A stretch of 58,710 nucleotides of DNA, the filler included, from Sphacelaria rigidula (taxonomy: Eukaryota): the NCBI GenBank assembly GCA_964200075.2. It is 5 parts of 5 records of this genome, joined end to end, with 100 filler letters (N's around TTAATTAATTAA, not from the genome) between each part and the next. Parts side by side here need not be neighbours in the genome. Positions count along the whole stretch, not along the records: positions 23,527 to 35,188 come from CAXNAA020004652.1; positions 35,289 to 46,950 come from CAXNAA020004653.1; 3 more parts are not named here. One strand, 5' to 3'. A program made the position numbers and the translations under genes. The stretch's first letter is position 1. Each line of letters starts with the position of its first letter. Below the pieces are notes generated by a model that did not search any database, was not told the DNA's origin, and saw only the letters and a program-made list of their open reading frames with translations. Positions 23,973 through 36,384 of the stretch are shown piece by piece.

Positions 23973-26900
23973 CCTTTCCTCCTCCGCTGACAAAGCCGCC
24001 GATTCGGCCCGCTGATTGCTTTGCTCAACCAAGGCCTCGAGTGCGATCTTATTGGCCGTCATGCTTGATTCTAATATGTTGTTGAACGATGATAGCTGCA
24101 CCGACCAAAGATCAGGGGAGGGGGGATAATATGAGCGACGGGGCGGAAAGTAGGCCAAAGTATTCGACATGAAGAGAATACACAGATTGAAACATATCTC
24201 CGGCGAACTGGAGAAGTAAGCGAGAAATATGCGGGCACCGCGACAAGGTGCTCATGCCAAGCATCGGCCGATCGACGAAATACGAATATACGCACCCGAA
24301 GCACACACGCAGTAGCCATGCACCCATGCTCCATCTACAGCCTGCTTCTAGCTGATTGTCTAGGCGCCGTTGAATCGCAACATTGCACCGCTTCACAGCC
24401 GCAATACAATCGTCCTTCAAAAGGTTCGTTTTATAGTTAGACACACCTCTTCGACCTCGTGTTGTAGCCTGGCCGTGCCCTGCCTGGCAAGTCGCAGCTC
24501 CGCTTTGGCTTTCTCAGCGTCTGCTGTGGTATCGCGAAGAGCCGCTGAGCTTTCTGTGACAGCCAGCTTTGCCTTGGCAAGCAGCTCTTGTGTATCCTGT
24601 GGCACACGTGGCACGACCCACCGGATAGCGTGCGTGTCTGATTCTGCCTTTTGATTTTCATTGCCCAGTCTTGAGTGTTAGGTCGCTAAGTAGTGTGAGC
24701 GCTCTCAGTACGGTGTAGTACGCTGGAGTACCTCAAATCAAAGGTGTGCCATGAAGACTCGCAGAAGTATTTGATGACACAGATAGACCCTTTGACAAAA
24801 AAACATTAATCAAATGGTCTGAAAATACAAGAATGGAGTTGGATATTGACATGCACGTAGCGACGGGTGACGAAGAAACGCGATAAGAACTTCCTGAAAG
24901 GACATTGAGAGGCAAAATATCATTGACGCTTATTCCCAATAGAAACCCAAACTATAGAGGTTGAAGTTGCTGTTCCTGTTGGGTGAATGTAGTATAAGAA
25001 AGGATATGTCCAGCGTCCACTATACCACTGTTTAGGCAAAAAGTAAAGTGGTGTGCAATTTTCTGGTTATCCAAAAAAAATTCGACAACTCTGATTGCCT
25101 GGTGTTTCTTGGTCGACGGCTGACGTCATCCATGGAATTTTTGAGCGGAGGGACTATTCGACGTGGATGACGTCATGCGGTGGATTTTGTCATTCTGATC
25201 AGAGTTTTGGGAGGAGGAATTTCCCGGAAATGTATCACACCAAAAAATCAAAGCGTGACATCGCCTCACGAACTGCCGCGCAGTTTCCAGATTAGTCGAA
25301 AATAATCGCCTGATTTCTGCGATCGGTCGAGAAGCATTGATTTTAAAAATGACGTCAGCCGAAGTGAGCAACTATTTTTCATAAAAGATACCATCTCCGA
25401 GATTATTTCGAGAGAAGTGAGGGAAGAATCTCGCCGAAGAAAAATCTATGAAAACGTTTTTGGCCGGTTGGGATTGCGGAGTGTGACAATATAAAAGGAC
25501 GTGAGATGATGATTGACTGACCGCAAAAAAACGACGCACGAGAAAGTAGCGTCAACAATTTTGATGGTCGACCAATGATCCCGATTGGTTCAATATCAAG
25601 GTCAACATCTCACGCCGAGAGAGATTGAGAGAGAAAAAGGTAGGTGCCCGACGGGTGCGGAAAATCATGATGGTGCCCGTATTGTTAACAACTTTGGCTC
25701 CAGGCCCATTACGTGACGCAGTGCTCAAATGTAAGCCCGTGAACCCTCAGCCGATGATTGCTTTGACTACACTACAGAGTAGTGCAGTCTATCAGAATAA
25801 CTACTTCCGCCCGTAAAGTGGCGCGCACTTTGTGCCTGCGCGTATGCATCGTGGGCGATGGGGTCCCTGAAACGAGAGGACGAACGAGGAGATGTGAAAT
25901 GTATGCTGCCAACCACAATCACTCACCTCTGAATTTTTCTCCTTCTCCGAAATGAATCGCCTTTCCTTCTCCAGGTCGCTCTCTGCTCTCTTCATCCGTT
26001 CCTCGAGTTGGTGCGCCCTGCTCTCAAGCGTGTCATAATTCTGCTGTGTTGTAATCCTGTTGAAATGGCCACCGACGGAATACAGTCCGGGGATGACATG
26101 GTGAGCGTGAAAAACTAAAACTAGCTAGTCGACCTATGACCAAACGAGCATACCGGTGGTGTACGTAAAACGCGACAGACCGCAGCTTTAGCCCTCAAGA
26201 GCCAATACCTGCTTCAGCATGCGTTCAGGGTCTATATGCCGTGATGCTTGTTTGTAGTGTAGGCTATGGAGTTGATTTACTCACTCAAGAAAGTGAGGTG
26301 TCCATGCGCGATAGGAGCACTCGTTACCCCCACGGAATCGCCAAGCCAAAGCAACACATACCAACAGCCAAGAGCCCACCAAAATATACTTGTTTCGCCT
26401 TTATTGGCTCCAGTGCTGCCGAATGGGTCAACGTAACGGGCTGCGTACAGAGGACACCTGAAAATGATATATTAGCGAAACGCGGAGTATATGTTCAAGT
26501 ATAAAACGTATGCAAATGAATGCGCATCTGATGCACATCAAAACAATCAGCATCTCTGTGTGTATACTCATACTCACTTTTCTGCTTTTAGCTTCTGATA
26601 GTCTTCTGCCAACGATTGCACTGCCAGGGTCATTTCCATCCCGCCATCTCCCCCCACTCTAGAAATTTTGTCATTGCTCCACTGCGATTTCGCGTCCGGA
26701 TCCATTAGCTCATGCTCGGAGCCGACGCTGCCAACGTAGGAGAGCGGCGCTGGCCGTCGTTGGCAAGGCCGGTGGGCGGGAGGGGGGGCGTACTCAGTGG
26801 CGGGAGGGGGGGGGGGGGCGACGGAGTACCGACAGTGCAAGAGTGGTGTGTATCACCGGGTGGCTACCTGGCTGTTGTTTGGACCCCGATTACTTCGGGG

Positions 26901-29900
26901 TTTGTTGCTCTGGTATTCGTATGGTTTTCCGCACTAGTTCTCGTGCTCGACAGCAACCACTATTATAGAATCCCGACAGTACTTGTATGGCGTGCAACAA
27001 ATCTGGAACTTACTCTCTGGCGCGTCCACATTGTCTACCGTCCCAGCGGGAAATTCGTTTGGTGCGCTCGAAATAGGACCCTCTCCTCGGTTTCCCTCTG
27101 GATGCACATGTGGCCGTCCATCGACACGGCTCAACCCGCCCACGGCGAGACTCATGGACGCTCTTCGCACGACGTTACGGACTCGTTTTTTGGCGCTGTT
27201 GCAGACTTGCAGAATCTGACGTCTCTCCTCCTCCGCTCTGTCAGCCTAGTGGGAGGAATCGAAAATACAATGGAATACGCGACACCATTGCAGATATATC
27301 ATCTTTTGGGTATCGGAACTGACAGTTTACCCGTCGAGGATCATCTAGCATTCATTTTCACGTTGCAAACCCTCGAAATATGCGTGCGACTATGGCACGG
27401 AGATGGAGGTGAGTGACACATGTGTGAGAAAGAAGATATCATGATGGAATATTGATTCCAGAGAAGCTCAACGAAGAAGCTTGTTTTAAACTCTCACCGT
27501 GTCGGTTTGTCCATGTCTACAACACGATGTTTACAACACGCAAAGAGAATTATGTTGACGGTGACTACATAAAATGAAGCAGAAAGTAGGCACGCCGCTT
27601 GGCGGCCAGAAGAACACCCGCATCCCGCTAATACGCATCAACGTCCATCCTCACCAATTTCATCACTTTCAATGACTCGAGTAGTTCATGACTTGATGGC
27701 TTCCAGAATACCTTGCTTCTCGCGTCCATCAGCAACTTCCAGAGTTCTGCTGCTTCTACCGATGCCTGATGGTCCATGCTTTGTGCTCCCGCGCCAGTGA
27801 TATTGTCTCTAGCCATCACCGTCGAAGCCTGAGAGGTTTCGCGACGACCCAATGGAAAATAATAGGAGCTGTCAGATCCGAGCGGTAGGAGCTCCAATAC
27901 CCGACATAATCATCACTTTGGTCCACACATATACTACAGCTCATATCGTGAGATACCTTGTTGTGAATGTTTGATTCTCCACCAAAATCCTGTCAACCGT
28001 ACACCAGCAAGTCACTCCTACGCCGTGGATGACGTCAGCCGTCGATCATGGTTTACTACCCAATCAGATGTCTCGAGTTATTTTTGCCAATCAGAATACT
28101 GCGTGCAACTTTACCGTCCAGTTCACCCGGATTCTGGTTACCTCTATTCCCGCTGCAACCCCTACAGCGTGGTTCTCGCCAAGTGGACACTCTCGCTCCA
28201 CTGCTCGGCGGTCAGTCGCTCTGTGACCGCCATTCCTCGACTGTACCACATCATGCCTCAGGATGTTTACCTCTTCGTCTTGGTGCGGTGAGTAAAGATA
28301 AATGCAAAGCACGAAGGTATACCGACCCTTCGGAAGCCGGTAGGTAGGTGATGCCACCGCCACCCATGTATCAAAATTCGTACTCGGAAGATCATCGTAT
28401 TTTGTGGGCCTACGTTCCCACCGCACAAAGAGTAAATTGACGACCGTCATATCTCAGCTGACAAATACCCCCGACCGCGCAGTATTACCATGGAAGAGAA
28501 GGGACGCCGGCGTCCATGGAAAAATCACCACGGTTCACTGTACGCAACAGGGTCTACATGTCACGACCAGCATCAACGGTCTTCTGACGGCCGCAAGACC
28601 GAACATCGGAGGATGTTGTCATCCCCTCTACGGTATGTTACGCCCACGCTCACGTGCTAGTTGTTACTGATCGATGAACTGGCGTGTGTACCAACAATGG
28701 TCGGACACCTGATACGTGCGGCCACCCCCCTCCGGCTGCTCGTCACACTCCTCTAGTAGCTCGTCTCTAAGGTAGGTCAATTCGTCCCTCACGGCTGCCT
28801 CGCTCGCTTGTGCCTTCACCAGCAGGGCCCGCAGCTACTGCCGCGAAAAGGCACCGGTTCTACAGCAAGTTGGTCACGACGTCACTTCCAATAGGTATCG
28901 CACTGAGCGTATACAAGATCTTCCGTTTAATTTCTCATCTCAGGTCAGTATACCATGCTTACTGTGCGCCACGTGCCATTGTGTTTTCTGGGGGAATCTG
29001 AACATGTCAGTTCCTCCTCGACAGCCGCAGTCAATGCTAGAGCTTCCTGCGGTGACGAAACTAGATGCAGCGCAGTTTGAGATGTACTAACGCCCGATGC
29101 TGTATATTCGCCTCGGGATTTTTGAATATGACAGTCTTGTACGTACGTTCTCGCCTTTTTGATTGTCTGGCACTGCGCCTCATCTTGTTCTTGGTGAGCT
29201 TTGTGCAGATCAGCCGCTTTGTTGGCAGACTCCAGCGCCTCTCGTTTGATCATCGCCACCGTAGCGCGGAGGTCATCCGCGGCCGCAGCCTGATCGAGAC
29301 ATGCTAACCGTGTAACGCGCTACTACATAACACGGTGTCATCCGCAAGCCAAGATCGGAACTGGCATTTTTCACATGTGGTGAATGTACGACAGTAGACG
29401 GGTATATTCGGTGCACCTGCGGAGTGTTCTGGCCAGTACTAGCTGGACGTGTGGTATTTTTCAGTACTCTGCCAACGCTGCTCGCATCGACGAACGAGCG
29501 CCAGCTGGTTTGCTGTGATTCATAGATTCCCTCATGGTGCAGTTAGACCGTTGGGCGGCGGAATATCCCCAATCGACATCCAAGGACGAAAATACCTGGT
29601 GATCTCTCTCTTCGACCATCCGTTTAACGATTATTTGGCTTTCCCGCAAGTGGTGCTCCATTTCTAGTACCTTGCGGAAGAAGAAAACAGCGACAGGCGT
29701 CATTATACAGCGATGCGTATTTCTACGAGGGGTGGGCTGCGACACGGAACAGTTTGAGTTGTGTGCTGAATAACCCCCATTTCTCACGGCGTCATCACGC
29801 GATGAAAGCAAACCAGCTTTGCAGCATCAAGGAAACGACCGGCAGCGCAAAACTCGTAGGGTATACTGGTGATTCCCCTCTAGAAGAGATGATGCCCCAC

Positions 29901-32216
29901 TTCGCCTGTTGCAAAGTGATAGTGGACATACCCCTGTCACGCCAATCGCAACGAGTGTTCACCTTAACTCGATCTTCCTCGGATTGAGCGATCTGCTGCT
30001 TGAGCCTTTCAGCGGTGTGTTCCAGATCCTTCACTTTACCGTTGACCATCCGCAACCGGGATTCCAACGTTTCCTTTTCTTCGGCTAATTTTTCCACGAC
30101 CTCGGGCCCTGCCCCTTCGAGCTTCTTCTTCAATGAGGAAATTTCCTGTAAATTTCGACAACCAAGAGGAGAAGATAGCCGATTAAAGGCGTCCATTTCG
30201 AATAATACTTGCATAGGAAGTACTACGACAATGATCGGGTTTTGGGCTGCATCCACATCCATGAACAAAAAGAGGGCAACTCCAGGAAATTGCTTCTGCC
30301 AATCTCGTCACAATCATCTTCTCCCCGTGTAAAAGACGCCGCAAAACAACATTCCAGATGCACGAAGGCGCCCTATTAGCTCCCGCAATATTTGACTCCA
30401 CATTTTCATTCTACGATTCATGACATGTCCGCGAGATAACACCTGAGAACGCCCAACATCTATCGACAAGATAACCTGTGATGCCCGTCGAACGAGAAAT
30501 GGGGAAATGGCTCAAACCTGACATCTAGCAACAACGTAACCTGCGAAGTCCCGTCAATGAGAAATGGGGAAAACGGCTCGTTCATACCTTCACCATCGCG
30601 CCCTTGAGTTCGGAGAATTCGGCGGCCATTTTGTTTTCTTCGAGGCGTGAGCCTTCAGCGTTCGCCCTGGTGGATCCCAATTGGTGTCCAACCTCAGAAA
30701 GCTTGCGCTGCAAATCGCCGACATGTGCCTTTAATTTCTTCAACACTGCGGGATCCGTGTGAATAATCTGTTAGAGTGGCGTCAAATGCGAATCACGTGT
30801 CGTATAGTTGATGTTGGGGAATGAATATCTGGTCGAAATGAAGTTAATTGGTCGCCGTGGCAGGGGTATACGCGCTTCGACCGTGAAGCGTCACCAAAAT
30901 AGTGGAAAGGTTTGGCGAGAACTCGATATGAGGTGCGAACGTAGCCCGTAGCATGTATGCTCGAATGACAGGTGTAGGTTTGGAAGTAACGCTCACCTCC
31001 ATTGTGCCTCCACACTCTCCGCACGGAGTCATTTGTAGACATGAATCGCTTGGAGCGTAGAGTTGAAGCGTTGGTCGGAAATCTAGGGAAGGTATTCCAT
31101 CCAGATTTGCTTCTGCCAAGTCGACCTCTGCTCCTTGCGCTACCTTTTCTCACGGACCAAGCAGCATAGCACGGGGGAGACACAGGCAATCTGCCTTCAA
31201 CTGATCGAATATCGCAGTATCAAACTGTATTTCTTTTTCAGCAAAACCAAGTACATGGGACACTTTCTACGATAGCCCTCCCCCCAAAAGTGCATGGTTT
31301 TGGGAGGCAAAATCTCTACGTAAATCGAAATGNNNNNNNNNNAAGCCCTTCATGCAGCCTGAGGCCAAACCACAGGCCCGGTCTTACCATTTTTTTCGTG
31401 ACCCTTTTGGGCTGGTTTGGGGGGGGGGGGGCTATCGTAGAAAGTGACATGGATACACAGCAAAAACCAATGCACTACCTTCGGGCTCGTGTACAGCCGA
31501 TCAGGGAGAATGCTGATGGGGCACTATGTTTGCGTGAAATCTCGAGTGAAACTAATCGTCCCATACCAGAAGCTTGGAAACTGTGCAACCTGTACAGCGA
31601 AAGGAGCATAGACTAGGGTTTCATTGGAGCGTATTCGCGCACGATAGGCGTGATTGCTGCACCAGATCCGTAATGGTCTTCTTGAGCCTCGCGACGTCGA
31701 CGATGTAAGCTTTCCTCATGGTATCCAGGGCAAGGGTGCGTCTCTTGATGGCGCTCTTCAGTTGCTTGTTTTCTTCCGCCTACGGAGATGAAAACATAGA
31801 TCGATACAGCAGCTGGATCAAGGGATGCCGGAGTGTGTCGTGGCTTGTCACGAAATCTCAATAAATCAGCATTTACGATTCGCCCAGGACGACATTGAGA
31901 AGTCAACTTAGAGTGAGGATTAAGACAACTCTGCCGTGCCGAGTTCACCAAGCATGTGCATGTGCATTTGGCCGTTTAACGAAGTAGCCTCATGCTGGAT
32001 GTACAGTAATGTACGCCACGGTAGAGTCATGTGCGAAGCACGAACCAGTTTTAGTGCCCGGTCGCCATGGCGAGGCTCACGAGAACCCAGGGTGCGGCCA
32101 TCTGCCGGCGGGATTGCCTCTCTATACGGTACAAAATCGTCCAGTGTTTCCAAGCTGCTGTCTCCCAATGATACACCATCGCTTTCCATGTTTGCCAACG
32201 TCTCTGCTGATGCAAC
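23973..32216 (-). CDS. Multi-exon host gene: long coiled-coil protein with N-terminal RKAYxxDV and PSLDxR...PCxxCGG motifs, function unknown; 3' end not seen
   Basis: Chain of exons: 32046-32216 (ATG 32189, MESDGV), 31663-31779 (AEENKQLKSAIKRRTLALDTMRKAYIVDV), possible microexon 31388-31411, 30997-31143 (PSLDFRPTLQLYAPSDSCLQMTPCGECGGTME), 30588-30767, 29963-30145, 29596-29670, ~29155-29289, 28709-28834, 27712-27828, 27014-27245, 26578-26867, 25927-26056, 24447-24596, ~23973-24095. Phases are consistent except for one 1-nt offset in 26578-26867. Translation is heptad-like and E/K/L/A/Q-rich. Confidence 0.85.
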
Positions 32217-33378
32217 CTGGAAATTCAAGCAAAATAGTACGACAGGGACGAAGCAATGAAGGCAAATGTTTTTTTTCCCATGCCTCGGCTTTGCACCATG
32301 AGTTGAGCATCATGTTTCAGGTCATGGGTTTGCGACAATCGCAGGTTCATGCGCAGACAGATATCAACGAGACAGTTCATGAGAAGGCGTCGATAGCGAT
32401 GAATATCATACCCACTGGTCTGTATCGATGTCATTTGACCCACAAACAGTGCTGCCGAGCTTGACCCTTTGCTCAAGTGCAGCAATTACCCGATCATCCA
32501 AGCGGTGCGAAGCAAATGTCAGCTACATCTGCAAACACACGCTACAGCATACCAAAGACACTCGAAAAGGCGAGGACAGATATTCTGCCCTGGGAGCCTT
32601 GCATTATCGTGCTAGCTCCATCTGAGACCTAGACATCCATCTGGGGCGTCCACTTTTACATATCAGCAACATTTGTTTGGATGCAGGTTCTCCATAACAA
32701 CCCAACCCAATCCAACCGCCATTTTGTTCCAGCCTCGTTTTTTGTCGACAAACGCTACCCTAACACTAACCCTGACCCAAACCCGAGCACAAAACCGCGC
32801 ACACCTAGGATGGCGTACGCTGGTGAGGGGCCGTGTAGTGCGCGCTGGTAGGGCATACGACTGAGCTATCAGGCGCTGATAAAAGTACGGCATAGTGTAC
32901 GCCGGTGGGGCATATATCCTGGTAAGTGTGCACTGTCAGAGCATCTTACGGTGTCCGCAGAGAATGGACATCATAGATGGACATTTCAGAGGATTTGAAG
33001 CCTCGGATAGATATGGATGTGAAGTCTCACGTCGACGTCAAGCTCAACATGGATATCGCAGCAGGATGTCCTGGACGAACATCTCAAATGAATCAGAGAT
33101 CTCAGATGAATGTCTAACACGGTGGATATTCCAGATGCAGCTGAGATTACAGAAAGACGTCACAGATGGATGTCCAGGTCTCGGACAGAACTTACACGAA
33201 AATGAAACATTGTGCCTGCCATGATGAAATTTGTCGCAATGCTGCAGTGGTTTTGCTGAGGGAATTCGAGTGAGATTTCTAGGCATAATAACCCGGAAGT
33301 TTCATAATTGGTCAAAAACAGCGGGAGGTGATGGTGGTGGGGGGAGGGTCTGCATGTTACCGTGTTATCATCCTTGAT

Positions 33379-33464
33379 GCACCTCGGTAGTCTAATGGCA
33401 CAAGCGAAGCCATTAGGTCGGGAAAGAGTGGGCTCAATTCCGGGTTCAATTCCGGGCAGATGCA
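33379..33464 (+). pseudogene. tRNA-derived relic (tRNA-Gly-like ends), possibly a SINE head
   Basis: Starts GCA. A-box-like tagtctaatgg, B-box gggttcaattcc (locally duplicated), and ends ccgggcagatgca like eukaryotic tRNA-Gly. Acceptor stem has mismatches and the anticodon arm does not fold. Confidence 0.45.
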
Positions 33465-35288
33465 TTTGGGTTTTCAGAAAGAGTATCCAATTTTAGCCGT
33501 TGAAAACGTGAGAGCATGAGCAGCAACAAGAGTGGATTTGGTGACAGTCATCGGGGTGCTGGTTTGCCCATCCCATCCACGACAGCAATTGCAAGTCGTG
33601 TACCGGGAGAGAGATGGGTCGATTCCTTGACACCATTGACTCGTCCCGAGGATTGGGAGGGGTTTAAAGTGTGATCCGTCAAACGATCGTGAGCGACTGT
33701 GCAACGATTCAAAAACATCTCCCCACAAGACACCAAGCCAAGTGTTAGCGCTGTTCGATGTCAGTTCGGGCTGGTCGATGGCGAATGAGGCCGGACTTTG
33801 TACGTACCCGTTTCGGGTTACACTACATCCCTCTCACCAAGACCGGCATCATAATGTTGCGAGAGACCGTCGCACTCGAGCCACGAAATGTACCCACTCC
33901 CTTGATGCTCCCAGATTTTTCACGGCTGAGACGAGTTGAAACTCTCTCGTGAAAACGCATTTCTCTTGACGTTACTACCGATTTTATCTCAGCACCCACT
34001 TCTTTGATACCGTTGCGTTGGCCACAGATACGGGGAATGCGCGCGGTACGTCCCGTACCAAAATGCGAAAACAAAGATGATGTGAGCGAAGGCACAAGCT
34101 TTGCGCTAGGAGACGTTTGGCGCCACTCGATGGCCATCATTTTTTCTCCATGTGTCGATATAAGCTCGAAAGGATTTCGTGTTATTGGCTCTTCAATATG
34201 TGTCACTTAGCTTTGGACTGATTGTATCTTGACCACATCCAAAAACGCGTGTGCAATGTACGCCTGCACGATCTGTAGCAGCTACATCACCGACTCGGAT
34301 CGCGGAATAAAAGTCGCCCCGTGCAGTACAAGGGTCAGAAACGTTCATCCGACGAGTGATCAACGATGATCTTTTGTTTATGCGTCACCAGGAATCAACG
34401 CCACGAGTCCGACACCAGATCCAGGGAGCGTGGATTAGCCAACACGACGTACTGCAGTGTAACTGTTATATGAGTCATGTTACTCTTGTTGTGTTGAGGA
34501 TACATGTTCGGAAATTACTTACCAAATCAATTCCGACTGCGGCGTGTAGTACTGGTGCGAAGCAATCATCTCCCCCCAGTCTTGACGCGATCTATCGCTC
34601 TCATTTGTCTGACAACCGAGCGAAAGACAACACTGATTTTTGCAAATCGCAACCTTTTGCGTCGCTAAATGCACGAGCATGTGCACAAACTATTTATAAT
34701 GGTGAGCACTATTGGTGTATAACGTGGCAATAGTCTCGGAAGGTCAGAGTAGAAAATCGTTTTCCGGTTTTACGCGACCGGGGATGATACGGCGGTTGTC
34801 TTCGTGCGACGTGATCGCCAGCATGTGCAATGAGAGGGAAAGAGGCGAGTGAGATCCATACAAATTTGTGTACTATGTTCATTACCAGAATGACATAAAA
34901 CCAAGGGCAATGGTCTAGAAAAGGGGCAATCGCTAAAACCGGTATACCGACCGTATTTTCGCCAACATCCGGTATAGCTCACACACCCCCTCAGAAAAGC
35001 TACTAATGCAGCCGCTTGATTGGCCACATCCCGCGGCGTGCGCATTCTGGCGAAAACACACACACGGTACACCTGTTTTGGGAAACTCAATTTGGCTTTC
35101 ACCGGTTCTTGGCGACGGCCTCACCGGTTTTTGGCAATCGAGACGGTAATGCTCAAGTTCCCGGTCAGCCCCAAAACACACACGTCACNNNNNNNNNNNN
35201 NNNNNNNNNNNNNNNNNNNNNNNNNNNNNNNNTTAATTAATTAANNNNNNNNNNNNNNNNNNNNNNNNNNNNNNNNNNNNNNNNNNNN

Positions 35289-36315
35289 GCCTGAATAGAG
35301 ATGGCCTGAAACAGGCGGCTATGACACTCTGGAGCGACACCCAACCGGTGCCATAAGACCCGACAGTAGGCTCAGGTCGAAAATGGCTCGGCTTGTTCCT
35401 TCGGAGGCACCCGCGGCCAGGTGAGCGCAGCAACCGCATCTACAAGGCCGACATGGTGGTGCGGCGGACGAAGGAGATCGCATTCCGGAGTTTTATGCGG
35501 CCTGTGAGGACTACGTGCACAAGGAAAAGCGAGCAACCGACCACAGATGGAACACAGATGAGACAGGTGCGCTACTGTCTGTCGAGAGCCGTTCCGTCTA
35601 TGTGATACAACGCGTGTGTCTAGAGCTAGAGCCAGGGGCTGTTGCTGTGGCGTGGTGTTTGTCTGCTCTCAGTCATGCTACGTTTGATTCGGTATTATTT
35701 CCGCCGCATTCTTCGCCGACGAAGCACTTGGCGTTTGCCTGCTCATTGCTGTCTCGGCGTGTTCTGTTGATTGCACTTACCTTTCAGAGAGGTCCTGTCT
35801 ATACTGCCTGTGGAAGTGTTGCAAGTACCGCGTTCAGAGATTGTGCCAGTATTGCGCGTACCACCCGATACTCGACGTACTACTAACAATATTTTTCTGA
35901 GATTGAGAGTAGAGGATACGATCGAGACTGAAAAGCAGTAAAATAGCGACTGAATAGTTTCAGTTCCGAAATGCACCTCCGTGAGGCCCGATATGCTTTA
36001 TTTAGTAGCTCGCCACTGAGGCCCTTGATATCCCTGAGTAGGATATCGACGTGTAGCTGTAAGCACACGCTAGTGATAGAGACAAAGAAAAGCAGACACG
36101 GAATGAAAAATTGGCTTAGTTAAAACGAATGATCAAAGCCGCTCTCAATCAGCATTCTACTATCAACCTCACGAAAACGTTGTTTACTCTCTACCGTGCC
36201 CCCCTCCCCCCTCCCCACCCCCCGCCCCTTACACCCGCCGCTCGAGGATATCTTCGCCGTAGGTGTTACTCCGCAAGGGACCAGGGCGTGGAAGGTCATC
36301 GCCGAGAAAGATTAG
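35289..36315 (+). pseudogene. Spliced pogo/Fot1-like (Tc1/mariner superfamily) transposase fragment; exons 35289-35566 and 36263-36315
   Basis: Translation: GLNRDGLKQAAMTLW...GRKWLGLFLRRHPR (CENP-B-type HTH end motif W...Fl.RHP), a frameshift, then IPEFYAACEDYVHKEKRATDHRWNTDETG (first catalytic Asp, wN.DETG). Spliced G|GTGCGC...cgtag|GT to VTPQGTRAWKVIAEKD*. Contains stops and a frameshift; the 5' part is lost in the assembly gap. Confidence 0.8.
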
Positions 36316-36384
36316 GCGAAATTTTCGCTGCTTGGCTTGCTCTGTTTCGTGCTCGCTGCTGTCTGCGAGCCACGTCTGCCGTTC

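Noticed and set aside
32697-32786. Degenerate (CCCTAA)-like run as a telomere (also ~43195-43228)
   Set aside because: Only a few imperfect units, internal and embedded in repeat-like DNA.
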